Positions 16,294 to 25,848 of a stretch of DNA of 64,000 nucleotides are shown in pieces. The stretch is from Bacilli bacterium (GTDB lineage Bacteria; Bacillota_I; Bacilli_A; RF39; UBA660): positions 40,091 through 104,090 of the forward strand of contig JAVBQF010000006.1 of the NCBI GenBank assembly GCA_031549195.1, read 5' to 3'. The position numbers were made by a program, and so were the translations under genes. Every line of letters begins with the position of its first letter. The first letter of the stretch is position 1. The notes beneath the pieces are model-generated. The model had not been told where the DNA came from. It saw nothing but the letters and a program-made list of their open reading frames with translations, and did no database searches.

Positions 16294-17703
16294 TTATTGT
16301 ATAGAAAGTAATTTATTATTTACTCTTGTTTGAACTTCAACATAATATTTAAACTCAGCATCATTCAAATCACTATCTTCCCATTTAACAAACTCATCTG
16401 AATATGTATTGTAATTTTTAAGCATATTCGCATAGTCAGTAATTAAAGTTAAATCACTTCCGTCTGAATTAGAATATTTTTTCATAAATTCTACATAATC
16501 ATTCATAAACTTTTCGTAGCTATCCATTGCTTTTTTAAAATCTGTTCTTAAACCGTTTTTATCAGTATTATCAGTACTATTCGTTGGATCTGAAGATTTT
16601 AAGGATACTTCCATTACATTACCACCAAGGTACATTAAATGAAGCTCATACCCATCACTATTTTTAGCTCTATAAGATTTTTTACTTTTACTATGGTCAA
16701 TTGTATATCCTTTATTTTCACATTCTACAACATACTCATTATATTCATCTAGTGTTGTATTTCCAATATGAACAATGAAACTTTCATTATTGTCCCATGA
16801 TATATTTCCCATATTAGATTTTGTTGCAGGTAATTTACTTCCTAATCCGTTAGCTGGCCATGAAAACTCTTCTAATGTTTCAGGTTTTTTTAATGTAATA
16901 CTCATATATTCACCTTGTTCCAAATAACTAATTCTAATTGAATAGCCATCTATATTAAAAGCACCATATACTGTATCCCAATCTTCATATTCTAAATCAA
17001 TAGTGTATCCCTTTTCTGTTACTTGATTATTTACATAATTTTTATAATCTTTTTCGGTGATATTAGTTATATCAAGAATTAATAAATCTTTTCTATTAGT
17101 ACCTAGCTTACCAAAAAGTTTTTTTGGCTCAGGTAAATATTCTTTTAATTCAATGTCATTAATATCAATATCAATAGATTTTTCTTCTTTATATGAAGAA
17201 TCCCCACCAGTATTAAGAATAGGTACAATTAGAACAAAAGCAAGAATAGTTAAAATAATTTTCAAACCTTTCAATGGTTCTTTAATTATTTCCATCCCCA
17301 TTAACCAAGCACCAATAAATAATCCAGCTTGCACTAAGGTTAAAGCTTTTACTAGAAAACCTGTCCCAACAAAGAATAATAAAACTGCAATTCCAAAAAA
17401 TATTAATAAAACTTTACTAAATTTACTTTTCTTAAATTTTTCTTTTGCATTAACTTTATCTAGAACTTCCTTTTCCCTTAAGTCCTGTTCAAGTTTATTG
17501 TTTCTTTCTTTTATATCTTGTTCATGATTGTCTTTTCGGGCTTTTAGTTTTGCTTCTTCAATTCTTTTAACTTTGGTAGCTTCATCGTCAATTAAGACTT
17601 CTGATCCACAAAAATTGCAATGGATTTTATCTAAATCTTTATTAACTTCTAATGATGCACCGCAATTTTCACATTTCATTTTAATTAAATTCAAATCTCT
17701 CAC
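16294..17703 (-). CDS. Zinc-ribbon plus coiled-coil plus multi-TM protein with two tandem ~75-aa C-terminal repeats. Function unknown.
   Basis: The N-terminus is CENCGASLEVNKDLDKIHCNFCGS, a CxxC...CxxC zinc ribbon. A Lys/Glu-rich coiled-coil follows, then 3-4 TM helices. The repeated modules are ...EKGYTIDLEYEDWDTVYGAFNIDGYSIRISYLEQGEYMSITLK and ...NKGYTIDHSKSKKSYRAKNSDGYELHLMYLGGNVMEVSLK. Confidence 0.45.
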   Translation of the reverse strand: MRDLNLIKMKCENCGASLEVNKDLDKIHCNFCGSEVLIDDEATKVKRIEEAKLKARKDNHEQDIKERNNKLEQDLREKEVLDKVNAKEKFKKSKFSKVLLIFFGIAVLLFFVGTGFLVKALTLVQAGLFIGAWLMGMEIIKEPLKGLKIILTILAFVLIVPILNTGGDSSYKEEKSIDIDINDIELKEYLPEPKKLFGKLGTNRKDLLILDITNITEKDYKNYVNNQVTEKGYTIDLEYEDWDTVYGAFNIDGYSIRISYLEQGEYMSITLKKPETLEEFSWPANGLGSKLPATKSNMGNISWDNNESFIVHIGNTTLDEYNEYVVECENKGYTIDHSKSKKSYRAKNSDGYELHLMYLGGNVMEVSLKSSDPTNSTDNTDKNGLRTDFKKAMDSYEKFMNDYVEFMKKYSNSDGSDLTLITDYANMLKNYNTYSDEFVKWEDSDLNDAEFKYYVEVQTRVNNKLLSIQ

Positions 17704-17925
17704 TCCTTATAAAACCATTATACAATCTAATATGTAATTTGTTAATACTTTCAATTGCATTAGTTTCATTATTTAAAATACAAAATAAAAATATACTCAC
17801 AAAAAACATAAATACATAGCCGGGTAAAATGTTAGTTTATTAATATTAACTATAATCAAATTTATTTTAATTGTAGTATATACTTCACAATAAAAATGTT
17901 ACAATTATATCATGAGGTATTTAGT

Positions 17926-18735
17926 ATGGGTAAAATGGAATTAGAAGTAAAGATATTAAATGTTGATGAAACACAATTTATAAAAAAATTAGAGACATTG
18001 GGTGCTACTTTTAAAGAAAAGAGTAAACAGTGTTTATATACCTATGATTTGCCAACTATATATGGAAAATATATTGATATTTTAACTCAGCTAAATGATA
18101 GGGGAAGCGATATTAAATATGAAACAGCTATTTCTAAACTAAAATTATTATTTTTTGAGATAGATAATTTACTTTCAAACGATGATAGAAAAGAATTAAA
18201 AAAAATAATAAATAATGAAAGGCTATCATCACTATTAGAAAAGGATAATTTATTGGAGTTATTAAATGATACCAACTTAATAAATGTTATTAACAAATTT
18301 CATAATAATTCAAAAAAATGGATCAGATTAAGAGAGACAAATGATAAAACAACAATTGCAGTAAAACATATTCTAGCTGATAATAATACAGCCCTACAGC
18401 AGATGTTAGAAACAGAGATAGAAATTCCAAGTATAAAAGATGGAAATGAATTGCTTGAGGCATTAGGATTTTGTCATAAGAGTTATCAAGAAAAAAGAAG
18501 AATTACATATGAATATGAAGGACATGAAATAGATATTGATTCCTGGCCTGGTATTCCTACTTATTTCGAAATAGAAGGAAATAATGAAGAAGATCTAAAT
18601 GAAGTATTAAAAAAACTTGGTTATGATATAAAAGATGCAGTTTCATGTACAGCAGATGATATTTATATTATGAATGGAAAAACAATGTTTGACAAAAGAG
18701 AATTAAAGTTTAATGATAGTAAAGATAATCTATAA
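17926..18735 (+). CDS. CYTH-domain protein (CyaB/ThTPase-like triphosphate tunnel metalloenzyme)
   Basis: ExExK motif at the N-terminus (MELEVKI). C-terminal EIEIPS...YEYEGHEIDIDSWPGIPTYFEIEG is typical of a CYTH beta-barrel. The start was chosen at the ATG 6 nt after GAGGT. Confidence 0.5.
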   Translation: MGKMELEVKILNVDETQFIKKLETLGATFKEKSKQCLYTYDLPTIYGKYIDILTQLNDRGSDIKYETAISKLKLLFFEIDNLLSNDDRKELKKIINNERLSSLLEKDNLLELLNDTNLINVINKFHNNSKKWIRLRETNDKTTIAVKHILADNNTALQQMLETEIEIPSIKDGNELLEALGFCHKSYQEKRRITYEYEGHEIDIDSWPGIPTYFEIEGNNEEDLNEVLKKLGYDIKDAVSCTADDIYIMNGKTMFDKRELKFNDSKDNL

Positions 18736-18846
18736 TCATTTTATTTTTGAGCTGTGGAGATACTAATAATAGCCAATAAAATAATTTCTATATATTATGT
18801 TCACTCTTATTCATGCAAGACATATAACTATTATGGAGGGAACCTA

Positions 18847-19746
18847 ATGTTAAATAATAATGATTATATTAAAATGTCTTTAGAATTGCATCTTTTCTTT
18901 GCGCGTATTATGAAAGAGCATAGCTTTTTTTTAGCTGCAAGCTTTACTGAAAAGGATGCTGAGTATAAGAAAGTAGCCAATGATTTTCAAGCATCATTCA
19001 GTCAAGTATTAGATAATGCTATCGAGCTATCTAATGGTAATATTAGTGAGGAACTATTACGCTCAAATGAAATTGTAACAGAAAACACCTTGAAATCAGA
19101 AAAACAAAGTAGTAATCTAACAAGTATTATGATAGATGAGGCTCTTACAATAAAAGAGATGAATCTAAGGAGTGGCAATGTTATTGAAAATCCTCAATTG
19201 TTAATGAATATTAGTAACTTAAATAATAGGAGTTTACCATTAATAAAAAACCTAATTCATTTCAAAAATGACATATTAACTAATGTCCTAAATTGCAATA
19301 TGTTTACTACTAACTATCCTTTATTAATAAAACATATACTTAGCGAAGCGCAAATGTATCATGATTTACTCTTAAAAATTGAGAATAGAGAATTAGTAAC
19401 AGATGAATATCTATATAATCAAGAGTTGTTTTGGAATAATATTATGAAGGAGCATGCTGAATTTATCAGAGGACTACTTGATCCAACAGAAAAGGATTTA
19501 TTATTAATAGCAGACAAGTATGCTTATGAGTATGAAAAAATATTAAATGATTATAGAAATAACTCTTTAGAATTAACGATGAAGAGTCTAGAAGAGACAA
19601 TCAGTTTCAAAGAATTCAAAGAAGCAGGAGAAAATGGAATATTAAATTGTAAAATTAAAAGTATTATAGTACCCTTACTTGCTGATCATGTGTTAAGAGA
19701 AGCGAACCATTTTATTAGGTTGCTGAGGAGTTATAGAAGAATTTAA
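18847..19746 (+). CDS. DUF2935-like protein with two internal repeats. Function unknown.
   Basis: Duplicated motifs IMKEHSFFL and IMKEHAEFIRGLLDP. The start follows GGAGGG. This family is common in Clostridia and Bacilli. Confidence 0.4.
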   Translation: MLNNNDYIKMSLELHLFFARIMKEHSFFLAASFTEKDAEYKKVANDFQASFSQVLDNAIELSNGNISEELLRSNEIVTENTLKSEKQSSNLTSIMIDEALTIKEMNLRSGNVIENPQLLMNISNLNNRSLPLIKNLIHFKNDILTNVLNCNMFTTNYPLLIKHILSEAQMYHDLLLKIENRELVTDEYLYNQELFWNNIMKEHAEFIRGLLDPTEKDLLLIADKYAYEYEKILNDYRNNSLELTMKSLEETISFKEFKEAGENGILNCKIKSIIVPLLADHVLREANHFIRLLRSYRRI

Positions 19747-19818
19747 TAATTATGTTATTTATGATAGAACTTGAAAAGAGTTCTTTTTTAGTATAATATT
19801 AATTACAAAGGAGATTGA

Positions 19819-20475
19819 ATGAATAAGAAAAATAATGTGTTAAAAATTTTTGCTTTCTCAATTATTTCTATATTAATATGTACATTTACTTGTACCATTG
19901 GAATAATAAGCAATTATAAATGGACAGCCTTAATAGTGGGTATTATTCTCACAATTGCATCAATTCCTATACATTTTATGGCAAAGAAAAATGATAATTT
20001 GTATCTTTTAAGTTATTTTATAAATATGTTAGGAACGGGATTATCAATATCTTTTTATTATAAGGTTAAAGATATTCCGTTTAAAATAAATCAAGTATTA
20101 ACATCAATATTGATAAGTGTAATTCTATTATTTATAGTTTTATATATATTAAAAAAATTCAATACAAAATTTATGTATAAAACAATATTAACCATTGTAA
20201 TTATTATTACAATTATAGTTACAATATTTTGGATAAGTAATGAAAAAGTTACTTTTTATAGTATCTTGACTTTTTTATTAATACTATCAGTATTTTATAT
20301 AATATTATTTTATAAGGCTATAAATGAGAAAGGAAATATTTATAAGGATATATCAAAGTATAGTTATGGAATATATTTTGTTATTACAATGATAGTAATT
20401 GCTATTTTAACCGAAGGCGATATAGATTTTGACTTTGGATATAGTAATGATAAAAATAAAAAGAAAAGCTCTTAG
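19819..20475 (+). CDS. Polytopic membrane protein (~6 TM). Function unknown.
   Basis: Hydrophobic helices run throughout. RBS is GGAG. Confidence 0.4.
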   Translation: MNKKNNVLKIFAFSIISILICTFTCTIGIISNYKWTALIVGIILTIASIPIHFMAKKNDNLYLLSYFINMLGTGLSISFYYKVKDIPFKINQVLTSILISVILLFIVLYILKKFNTKFMYKTILTIVIIITIIVTIFWISNEKVTFYSILTFLLILSVFYIILFYKAINEKGNIYKDISKYSYGIYFVITMIVIAILTEGDIDFDFGYSNDKNKKKSS

Positions 20476-20494
20476 TAAATTAAGAGCTTTTAAA

Positions 20495-21478
20495 TTATAA
20501 TAGATTAATATTATATTCTATACATTTGTTAATAATGTCTTTAGTCCAATAACTTGCTTGAACCTCTCCAATATGAGCTTTTTCTAATAGTAACATACAT
20601 AATCTAGACTGACCAATACCACCACCAATAGTAAATGGTAATTTTTTATTAATAACTAATTTGTGATATTCTAAAGATAATCTATCATTACAATTAGACT
20701 TATCTAATTGATCAATTAATGCTTTATCATCAACTCTAATTCCCATGGATAATATTTCAATAGGTATTTCTAATACATCACTCCATATTAATAAATCCCC
20801 ATTTAATTTCCAATCATCATAATCAGGGCTTCTTTTATCATGTGGCAGTCCTGATTTCAATTTATCTCCAATGCCCATTATAAACACGGCTCCTTTTTCT
20901 TTGGTAATCAAATACTCTCTTTCTTTTGAATCTTTTTCTTTATATAGAGTATCTAATTCCTCTGAAGAAATAATATATAAACTTTTAGGTAGTTTATGTG
21001 TTAGCATTGGATATTCTTTTTTTATATATTTACTAGTTGATCTTATTGCTTTATAAATACTTGTTATTACATTAATAAGTTTATCTTTTGTACGATTTTC
21101 TTCTACAATAACTTGTTCAAAGTCCCATTGATCAACAAGATAAGAATGTATCTCATCTAAAGTTTCAGACTTTCTTATCGCAATCATGTCTGTATATAGT
21201 CCAGTATCTTTTTTAAAACCATATTTCATCAAGGCAAAACGTTTCCATTTAGCAAGTGAATGGACAATTTCTAATTTTTCTTCAACTTCAAAACTTACAG
21301 CTGCTTCATTACCAGATAAAGTATCTTGAAATCCTGATGCTGGGGATACAAATAGGGGAGCAGATACTTTTATTAAGGATAATCTAGATTGTAACTCTTT
21401 AGAAAAATGTTGCTTAATCTTATAGACCGCTTCTTGTGTCTTTATAATATCCAATTTGCTTTTATATTCTTTTTTCAT
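20495..21478 (-). CDS. asnA: Aspartate--ammonia ligase (asparagine synthetase A)
   Basis: Aligns along its whole length to E. coli AsnA. Examples: SAPLFVSPASGFQDTLSGNEAAV, GLYTDMIAIR...HSYLVDQWDFEQV, GIRVDDKAL, GGGIGQSRLCMLLL. RBS is AAGGAGGAAAA. Confidence 0.85.
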   Translation of the reverse strand: MKKEYKSKLDIIKTQEAVYKIKQHFSKELQSRLSLIKVSAPLFVSPASGFQDTLSGNEAAVSFEVEEKLEIVHSLAKWKRFALMKYGFKKDTGLYTDMIAIRKSETLDEIHSYLVDQWDFEQVIVEENRTKDKLINVITSIYKAIRSTSKYIKKEYPMLTHKLPKSLYIISSEELDTLYKEKDSKEREYLITKEKGAVFIMGIGDKLKSGLPHDKRSPDYDDWKLNGDLLIWSDVLEIPIEILSMGIRVDDKALIDQLDKSNCNDRLSLEYHKLVINKKLPFTIGGGIGQSRLCMLLLEKAHIGEVQASYWTKDIINKCIEYNINLL

Positions 21479-21491
21479 AATATTTTCCTCC

Positions 21492-21980
21492 TTATAATTT
21501 CATTTCTCTTAGTGAAGCTTCATAATCTTCACTTATTATTTTAGATCCAACTGGATAAAATCCTAGTTTCTCATAATAATCATTTAGCTTAATGTTTTTT
21601 TTAACACAATCAAGTCTTAAATATTGTTTTTCTTTTTTTAAAGCAACTTTTTTAGCAAAATCAATTAGTTCTGCTCCAATTCCTTTATACTTTCTATCAG
21701 TAGCTAAGTTGTGAATATAAAGTGCTTTACCATCATCTTCGAAGCGAGAAATATCCTTTTCTTTTAAGACAATAACACCAACGGTTTCATCTTTTATTTT
21801 AGCTACATATAGTTCTTTGTCCTTAATTCGTTTTGTAAAATAATCATAATCATATTCTCTCATATAATAATTTTTATCCCATTGATAAGTAATACCTAAT
21901 GACCTAATCCAAATACATCTTTTCAAGATAATATCTTGAATCCATAAAATATCTTTTACTTTTGCATATACAATATCCAT
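21492..21980 (-). CDS. GNAT-family N-acetyltransferase, first gene of the T-box-controlled operon with asnA
   Basis: Motif A-like GIGAELIDFAKKVA. RBS AAGGAGGTG. The stop lies 13 nt from the asnA start. Confidence 0.55.
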   Translation of the reverse strand: MDIVYAKVKDILWIQDIILKRCIWIRSLGITYQWDKNYYMREYDYDYFTKRIKDKELYVAKIKDETVGVIVLKEKDISRFEDDGKALYIHNLATDRKYKGIGAELIDFAKKVALKKEKQYLRLDCVKKNIKLNDYYEKLGFYPVGSKIISEDYEASLREMKL

Positions 21981-21984
21981 GATT

Positions 21985-22310
21985 CACCTCCTTTTTAACA
22001 TAATAAAAAACAGTATTATCCCCAAATAGGGACGAATACTGTTTGATCCGCGTTGCCACCCAATTTATTATAAAATAAAATTATTTCATAATCTCTTCAT
22101 TTCAGTTCTATTAAACCTAGTAATTTGATAACGGATTACTTTCCGTCCTAATCTACTGTTACTTCGATAGGCGACTCATGAGTGTTATTCATAGTAATAT
22201 TGATATTGGCTTTCACTATCCCCAACTAGCTTAATCAAATCTTAACTATTACTTCTCTCGATCAAAGTCTTTGTGCATATAAATTTACATTATAATATGC
22301 AATTTGTCAA
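21985..22310 (-). promoter_or_regulatory. T-box riboswitch leader, probably Asn-specific, with promoter, Stem I, T-box sequence and a terminator/antiterminator
   Basis: On the minus strand: TTGACA (22310-22305) -17- TAAATT. Stem I contains GAGAGA and an AGTA K-turn motif. The candidate specifier is ...GAAUAAC A... (AAU-AAC, both Asn codons; AAC at plus 22186-22184). The T-box motif is AAUUGGGUGGCAACGCGG (plus 22064-22048). The terminator is AACAGUAUU...AAUACUGUU plus U6 (plus 22044-22005). Confidence 0.6.
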
Positions 22311-22328
22311 TATGTTATATTCATATCA

Positions 22329-23507
22329 TTATTTGTTGTTGTATAAGATGTTTATATCGACGGCCCCACTAACACCATTTATTCTCCCAATATTACTTAA
22401 TTGCCACATTACATAATCACCTTGATATGTTGTTTCCTTTGTATAATGAGCAAGCCATACTGGATGGTTATTTTTGTTAGTCCAAATATTTTCTAGATAA
22501 TTTTTACTACTGTAAAGCATACCTTGATATCCACCTTTATTAATTGCATCAATAAACTTTTCCGCTATATTATTGATATCGTAAAAGCTTAAATTAAAAT
22601 TATTCCATTGAGACCAACTTTCCCAGTCAAATACCACTGGTAAATCTAATTTAGTACCATTTAACTTTTCAAGTACCCAATTAGCATGTTTGACACTCTC
22701 TTCAGCACTAGTTGCAATACTATATAAATAAACGCCTACTTTTAATCCAGCTTTCTTCGCATTTTCAATATTCTTTAAATAATATGAATCTATCTCTAGT
22801 TCACCGTTTGCAACCTTTTGAACACCAATTCTCATCATTGCAAAAGTAGCCCCAGCTTCCTTTACCTTGTTAAAGTCTATACTAGTTTGCCATCTTGATA
22901 CATCGATACCAATTTCATTATCAACTGTTTTATACTTATTTATTACATCTTGAAAGTATAATTTTTCAGTACTCGTTGAGGAGCTATTATTAATCTTCTT
23001 TACGACATTTAATGTAATATTGAAAGTAGAGTAGTTGTTACTACTATCAGTAACTGTATATTCTAAAGGATAACTTCCAACTTTAGAAATATCATAACTA
23101 CCTTTAATTGTACATAATGCCTTTTTATCATAATTATCTCCAAACATAATCAAGTTACACAAATCCCCAGTGTGGTTTAATTCTACTGTTTTATTAACAC
23201 CACTAAATATTCGTGGGGCTTCTTTATCAACAATATTTACATCAAACTTATAAACATATTTATTCTTATCTACTTTATAGTATATTTCTTGTTTTATAAT
23301 ACCAGTTTTGTTTGTATTGATTAGAATATTATCACTAACCATTTCTCCGTTTGTAATAGTTACTATATCTTTTAGGTAAATATTGCTATACACTTCAACA
23401 GTAGACTTTGCACGTATTGTTACGGTTTTTGGTATTTCAGTATAAATCTTTTCTTTACAGCCACACATTAATAGACAAAATATAAATAGCAGAAAAAACT
23501 TTTTCAT
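22329..23507 (-). CDS. GH25 muramidase (lysozyme) with an N-terminal signal/lipoprotein peptide and an Ig-like spacer domain
   Basis: GH25 core: GIDVSRWQTSIDFNKVKEAGATFAMMRIGVQ ... DSYYLKNIENAKKAGLKVGVYLYS ... LPVVFDWESW. The N-terminus is MKKFFLLFIFCLLMCGC. Confidence 0.6.
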   Translation of the reverse strand: MKKFFLLFIFCLLMCGCKEKIYTEIPKTVTIRAKSTVEVYSNIYLKDIVTITNGEMVSDNILINTNKTGIIKQEIYYKVDKNKYVYKFDVNIVDKEAPRIFSGVNKTVELNHTGDLCNLIMFGDNYDKKALCTIKGSYDISKVGSYPLEYTVTDSSNNYSTFNITLNVVKKINNSSSTSTEKLYFQDVINKYKTVDNEIGIDVSRWQTSIDFNKVKEAGATFAMMRIGVQKVANGELEIDSYYLKNIENAKKAGLKVGVYLYSIATSAEESVKHANWVLEKLNGTKLDLPVVFDWESWSQWNNFNLSFYDINNIAEKFIDAINKGGYQGMLYSSKNYLENIWTNKNNHPVWLAHYTKETTYQGDYVMWQLSNIGRINGVSGAVDINILYNNK

Positions 23508-23604
23508 AATTATCACCTTACATTAATTATAACAGTATCACTAAAATTTTAATACTAATTTATATTATACGATGTGATATAATTATTTATATGGAGGATC
23601 TAAT

Positions 23605-24339
23605 ATGAATAGAGTTGTATTAATAACAGGAGCAAGTAGAGGAATAGGAAAAGAAACTGCTATTGAGTTTGCAAAGTGTGGGTATGATGTAGTCATTAAT
23701 TATAATAAAAGTGACAAAAGTGCAGAGGAAGTTGCTAACATAATAAAATCTAATGGGGGGGTGCAATCACTATTAATAAAAGCTGATGTATCTGATGAAC
23801 ATCAAGTAAGAGAAATGGTGGACAAAGCAATTGAAAAATTTGGTAGAATAGATGTATTAGTAAATAACGCAGGAATAGTTTATGATGCCGAATTTGACGA
23901 TAGAACCGTAAATCAATGGCAAGAAACACTAAGTGTCAATTTAATAGGACCTTTTCTAGTAAGTAAATATGTAGGAAAGAAAATGCTAGAACAGAAAAGT
24001 GGAAAAATAATAAACGTTTCTTCAACAAATGGAATAAATACTTTTTATCCAACTAGTATTGACTATGATGCTTCAAAAGCAGGACTAATATCATTAACAT
24101 ATAATTTAGCATTGCAGTTTGCTCCATATATAAATGTTAATGCAGTAGCGCCAGGATGGATAAATACCGATATGAATAAATTATTAGATAAAGAATTTTT
24201 AGAAGAAGAGAAAGAAAAAATATGTTTGAAAAGATTTGCTGATCCTAATGAAGTAGCTAAGCTTATTGTGTTTTTAGCTAGTGATAATGCAAATTATATA
24301 AATGGTGAAGTGATAAAAATAGATGGTGGAATGTTATAA
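23605..24339 (+). CDS. Short-chain dehydrogenase/reductase (FabG-like 3-oxoacyl-ACP reductase family)
   Basis: TGASRGIGKETA Rossmann motif, NNAG, and a catalytic YxxxK (YDASKAG). Confidence 0.65.
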   Translation: MNRVVLITGASRGIGKETAIEFAKCGYDVVINYNKSDKSAEEVANIIKSNGGVQSLLIKADVSDEHQVREMVDKAIEKFGRIDVLVNNAGIVYDAEFDDRTVNQWQETLSVNLIGPFLVSKYVGKKMLEQKSGKIINVSSTNGINTFYPTSIDYDASKAGLISLTYNLALQFAPYINVNAVAPGWINTDMNKLLDKEFLEEEKEKICLKRFADPNEVAKLIVFLASDNANYINGEVIKIDGGML

Positions 24340-24360
24340 CAAACAATGGAGGTAATATTA

Positions 24361-25752
24361 ATGAACAAAAAATATGATGTAGCTATAATAGGCGCAGGAC
24401 CAGCAGGAATTTTTGCAGCAATTGAATTGTTGAAATTAAAGAAAAATATTAAAATAGCATTATTTGAAGAAGGAAATTCAATTCTTAGTAGGAAGTGTCC
24501 AATAGTAACTAAAAAAACAGATAGAGATTGCGTAGGGTGTAAATCTTGCAGTATTATGCGTGGCTTTGGTGGCGCAGGGGCTTTTTCTGATGGAAAATAT
24601 AATTTTGCAACTAGTTTTGGTGGATGGCTGACTGACTATTTAGAAGATAAAGAAATAATGTCTTTAATAGATTATGTTGATAAAATTAATGTTGAATTTG
24701 GCGCAACTAAAGATATTATTAGTCCAAGTGAAGAAGTGCTAAATGAAATAGCTTCTAAAGCAATAGGATTTGATTTACATTTTCTACCAGCAAAAGTAAA
24801 ACATTTAGGAACAGAATGTAATTTTGAGATAATTAAGAAACAATATGAATTTTTAAACAAGAAAGTAGATTTATTTTGTGATACAAAAGTAATTGATATT
24901 ATACCAAGTGATAACGAGTATAAAATAACTACTAAAGATAAAGAATATTCTGCTAAATACCTAATAGCTGCCCCAGGAAGAGCTGGAGCTGAATGGTTTA
25001 GTGATCAGTGTAAAAAGTTAAAACTTGATCTTACTAACAATCAAGTGGATATTGGAGTAAGGGTAGAAGTACCTGCGGTTGTGTTTAAACATTTAACTGA
25101 TAAAGTATATGAATCAAAATTAGTATATCGTACTGAAAGTCATGGGGATTTAGTTAGGACCTTCTGTATGAATCCTTACGGACATGTTACAAGCGAAAAT
25201 GTTGATGGTATAGTTACTGTTAATGGACATAGTTATGCTGATAAATCACTTAGAAGTGATAATACTAATTTTGCATTGCTAGTAAGTAATTCTTTTACTT
25301 ATCCATTTAAAGAACCATATTTATATGGTAAGAGAATAGCATCTCTATCTAACTTATTGGGTGGAGGCGTAATTGTTCAAAGATTTGGGGACTTGATTAA
25401 AGGGAAACGTAGCGATGATAAAAGGATTGCAAAAAGCTTTGTAAGGCCAACACTTAATGCTACACCAGGTGATTTAAGTCTTGTTCTTCCAAAACGTCAC
25501 CTTGATAATATTATTGAGATGATTTATGCTCTTGATAATATTGCTCCAGGAACAGCTAATCATGATACCTTATTGTATGGTGTTGAAGTTAAATTTTATA
25601 GTTCAAGACTAGAGCTTAGTAAAACATTAGAAACAAAGCTACCCAATATGTATGCGATTGGTGATGGTGCTGGAATAACAAGAGGGTTGGCCCAAGCAGC
25701 AGCAAGTGGGATACACGTAGCAAGAGATATAGTTGAAAAAGAAAATAAATAG
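24361..25752 (+). CDS. FAD-dependent dehydrogenase (COG2509-like)
   Basis: DVAIIGAGPAGIFAA dinucleotide-binding motif, an internal Cys cluster CPIVTKKTDRDCVGCKSC, and a C-terminal GDGAGITRG. Confidence 0.55.
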   Translation: MNKKYDVAIIGAGPAGIFAAIELLKLKKNIKIALFEEGNSILSRKCPIVTKKTDRDCVGCKSCSIMRGFGGAGAFSDGKYNFATSFGGWLTDYLEDKEIMSLIDYVDKINVEFGATKDIISPSEEVLNEIASKAIGFDLHFLPAKVKHLGTECNFEIIKKQYEFLNKKVDLFCDTKVIDIIPSDNEYKITTKDKEYSAKYLIAAPGRAGAEWFSDQCKKLKLDLTNNQVDIGVRVEVPAVVFKHLTDKVYESKLVYRTESHGDLVRTFCMNPYGHVTSENVDGIVTVNGHSYADKSLRSDNTNFALLVSNSFTYPFKEPYLYGKRIASLSNLLGGGVIVQRFGDLIKGKRSDDKRIAKSFVRPTLNATPGDLSLVLPKRHLDNIIEMIYALDNIAPGTANHDTLLYGVEVKFYSSRLELSKTLETKLPNMYAIGDGAGITRGLAQAAASGIHVARDIVEKENK

Positions 25753-25848
25753 TAAATTAAAATTAATTCAAAAAAGAATTAATTTTTTTTGTCTACTTTG
25801 AGGAAATGAAAATGTTATGGGTAATAATGATAGTAAGGAGGTGATAAA

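Noticed and set aside
17057-17737. Plus-strand ORFs 17057-17527 and 17528-17737
   Set aside because: Antisense to the zinc-ribbon membrane protein gene. Ser/Leu/Phe-rich, as expected from the reverse of Lys/Glu-rich coding.
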